Of a stretch of DNA of 64,000 nt, positions 63,768-64,000 are shown one piece after another. Origin of the DNA: Dehalococcoidales bacterium (GTDB lineage Bacteria; Chloroflexota; Dehalococcoidia; Dehalococcoidales; G020351185); contig CAXXST010000001.1 of the NCBI GenBank assembly GCA_963674855.2, positions 458,744 to 522,743 on the forward strand, in the 5' to 3' direction. Positions within the stretch are counted from its first letter, which is position 1. Each line of letters opens with the position of its first letter. The notes beneath the pieces are model-generated. The model was not told where the DNA came from, ran no database searches, and was given only the letters and a program-made list of their open reading frames with translations. A program made the position numbers and the translations under genes.

Positions 63768-64000
63768 TTACTCTCCACTTAAAAGCAAATCCTCTAAGGG
63801 TATATCGGAAAATACCGTGGAAAATAAAGGTCTAGGTTTTGAAAATCCCCGAAAAGCTCTAAATCCAAACTGTTTGAATGATTTAAAGGGTTCAAAAGAG
63901 GTAAAGTAAGGGTGTGTTGATTTTGTAAAACCTACTCTTTTCCCTTCTGTATCATATAATATCCCGTTTAGAAACCATCCAATATGCTTTCCGTTATATC
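63768..64000 (-). CDS. hypothetical protein, 5'-truncated by window edge (possibly 4-fold beta-flower-like repeat protein)
   Basis: Hand-translated open frame running off the right edge: ...YNGKHIGWFLNGILYDTEGKRVGFTKSTHPYFTSFEPFKSFKQFGFRAFRGFSKPRPLFSTVFSDIPLEDLLLSGE*. It is absent from the track because no start lies inside the window. The family name comes from memory only. Confidence 0.4.
   Translation of the reverse strand, partial: YNGKHIGWFLNGILYDTEGKRVGFTKSTHPYFTSFEPFKSFKQFGFRAFRGFSKPRPLFSTVFSDIPLEDLLLSGE

Noticed and set aside
1-64000. I looked for CRISPR arrays, rRNA genes, IS elements or transposases, and toxin-antitoxin or restriction-modification systems.
   Set aside because: I saw no repeat-spacer periodicity, no rRNA-like sequence and no transposase, integrase or recombinase-like ORF on either strand. 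The only tandem repeat is the in-frame 120-nt repeat in the coiled-coil gene.

Overview
This is a 64-kb, densely coding chromosomal region with about 75 protein genes and 5 tRNAs. I saw no rRNA, CRISPR array, transposase or integrase. Gene content looks Chloroflexota/Dehalococcoidia-like: an 11-subunit complex I without nuoEFG, an NrpR regulator, an archaeal-type GltB-like protein and PimA-like lipid genes. That assignment is inference only, since no search was possible. The blocks in order are: asd-dapA; purA; an inositol-lipid cluster (CDP-alcohol phosphatidyltransferase, PimA-like GT4, ino1); nusA-ylxR-infB-rbfA-truB; comM and DUF502; tRNA(Thr-Tyr-Thr)-tuf-rpmG-secE-nusG-rplKAJL; a lipoprotein, a DUF2089 module and an M50 protease; an iron locus (feoAB, VIT1-like, DtxR-family); plsY-recJ-fabF and mtaB; tRNA-Arg and tRNA-His; Smr; GltB-like plus NrpR; copA, a Mo-oxidoreductase, a TrxR-like protein and SOD; nth; nuoABCDHIJKLMN; degV; Moco biosynthesis genes behind a candidate Moco riboswitch; Usp. 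The most notable observations are: (1) NuoI is interrupted by a ~480-aa GltD-like NAD(P)H/FAD/Fe-S module in an operon that lacks nuoEFG. (2) There are two 391-aa CetZ/tubulin-like GTPase paralogs with a shared C-terminal tail, one of them convergent with a 628-aa repeat-containing coiled-coil protein. (3) Two paralogous small zinc-ribbon genes fall below the ORF-track cutoff, and one is hidden under an over-extended ino1 ORF. (4) An archaeal-type NrpR lies next to a GltB-like gene. All coordinates and motifs were read by eye from the sequence and ORF track; no database search was run.
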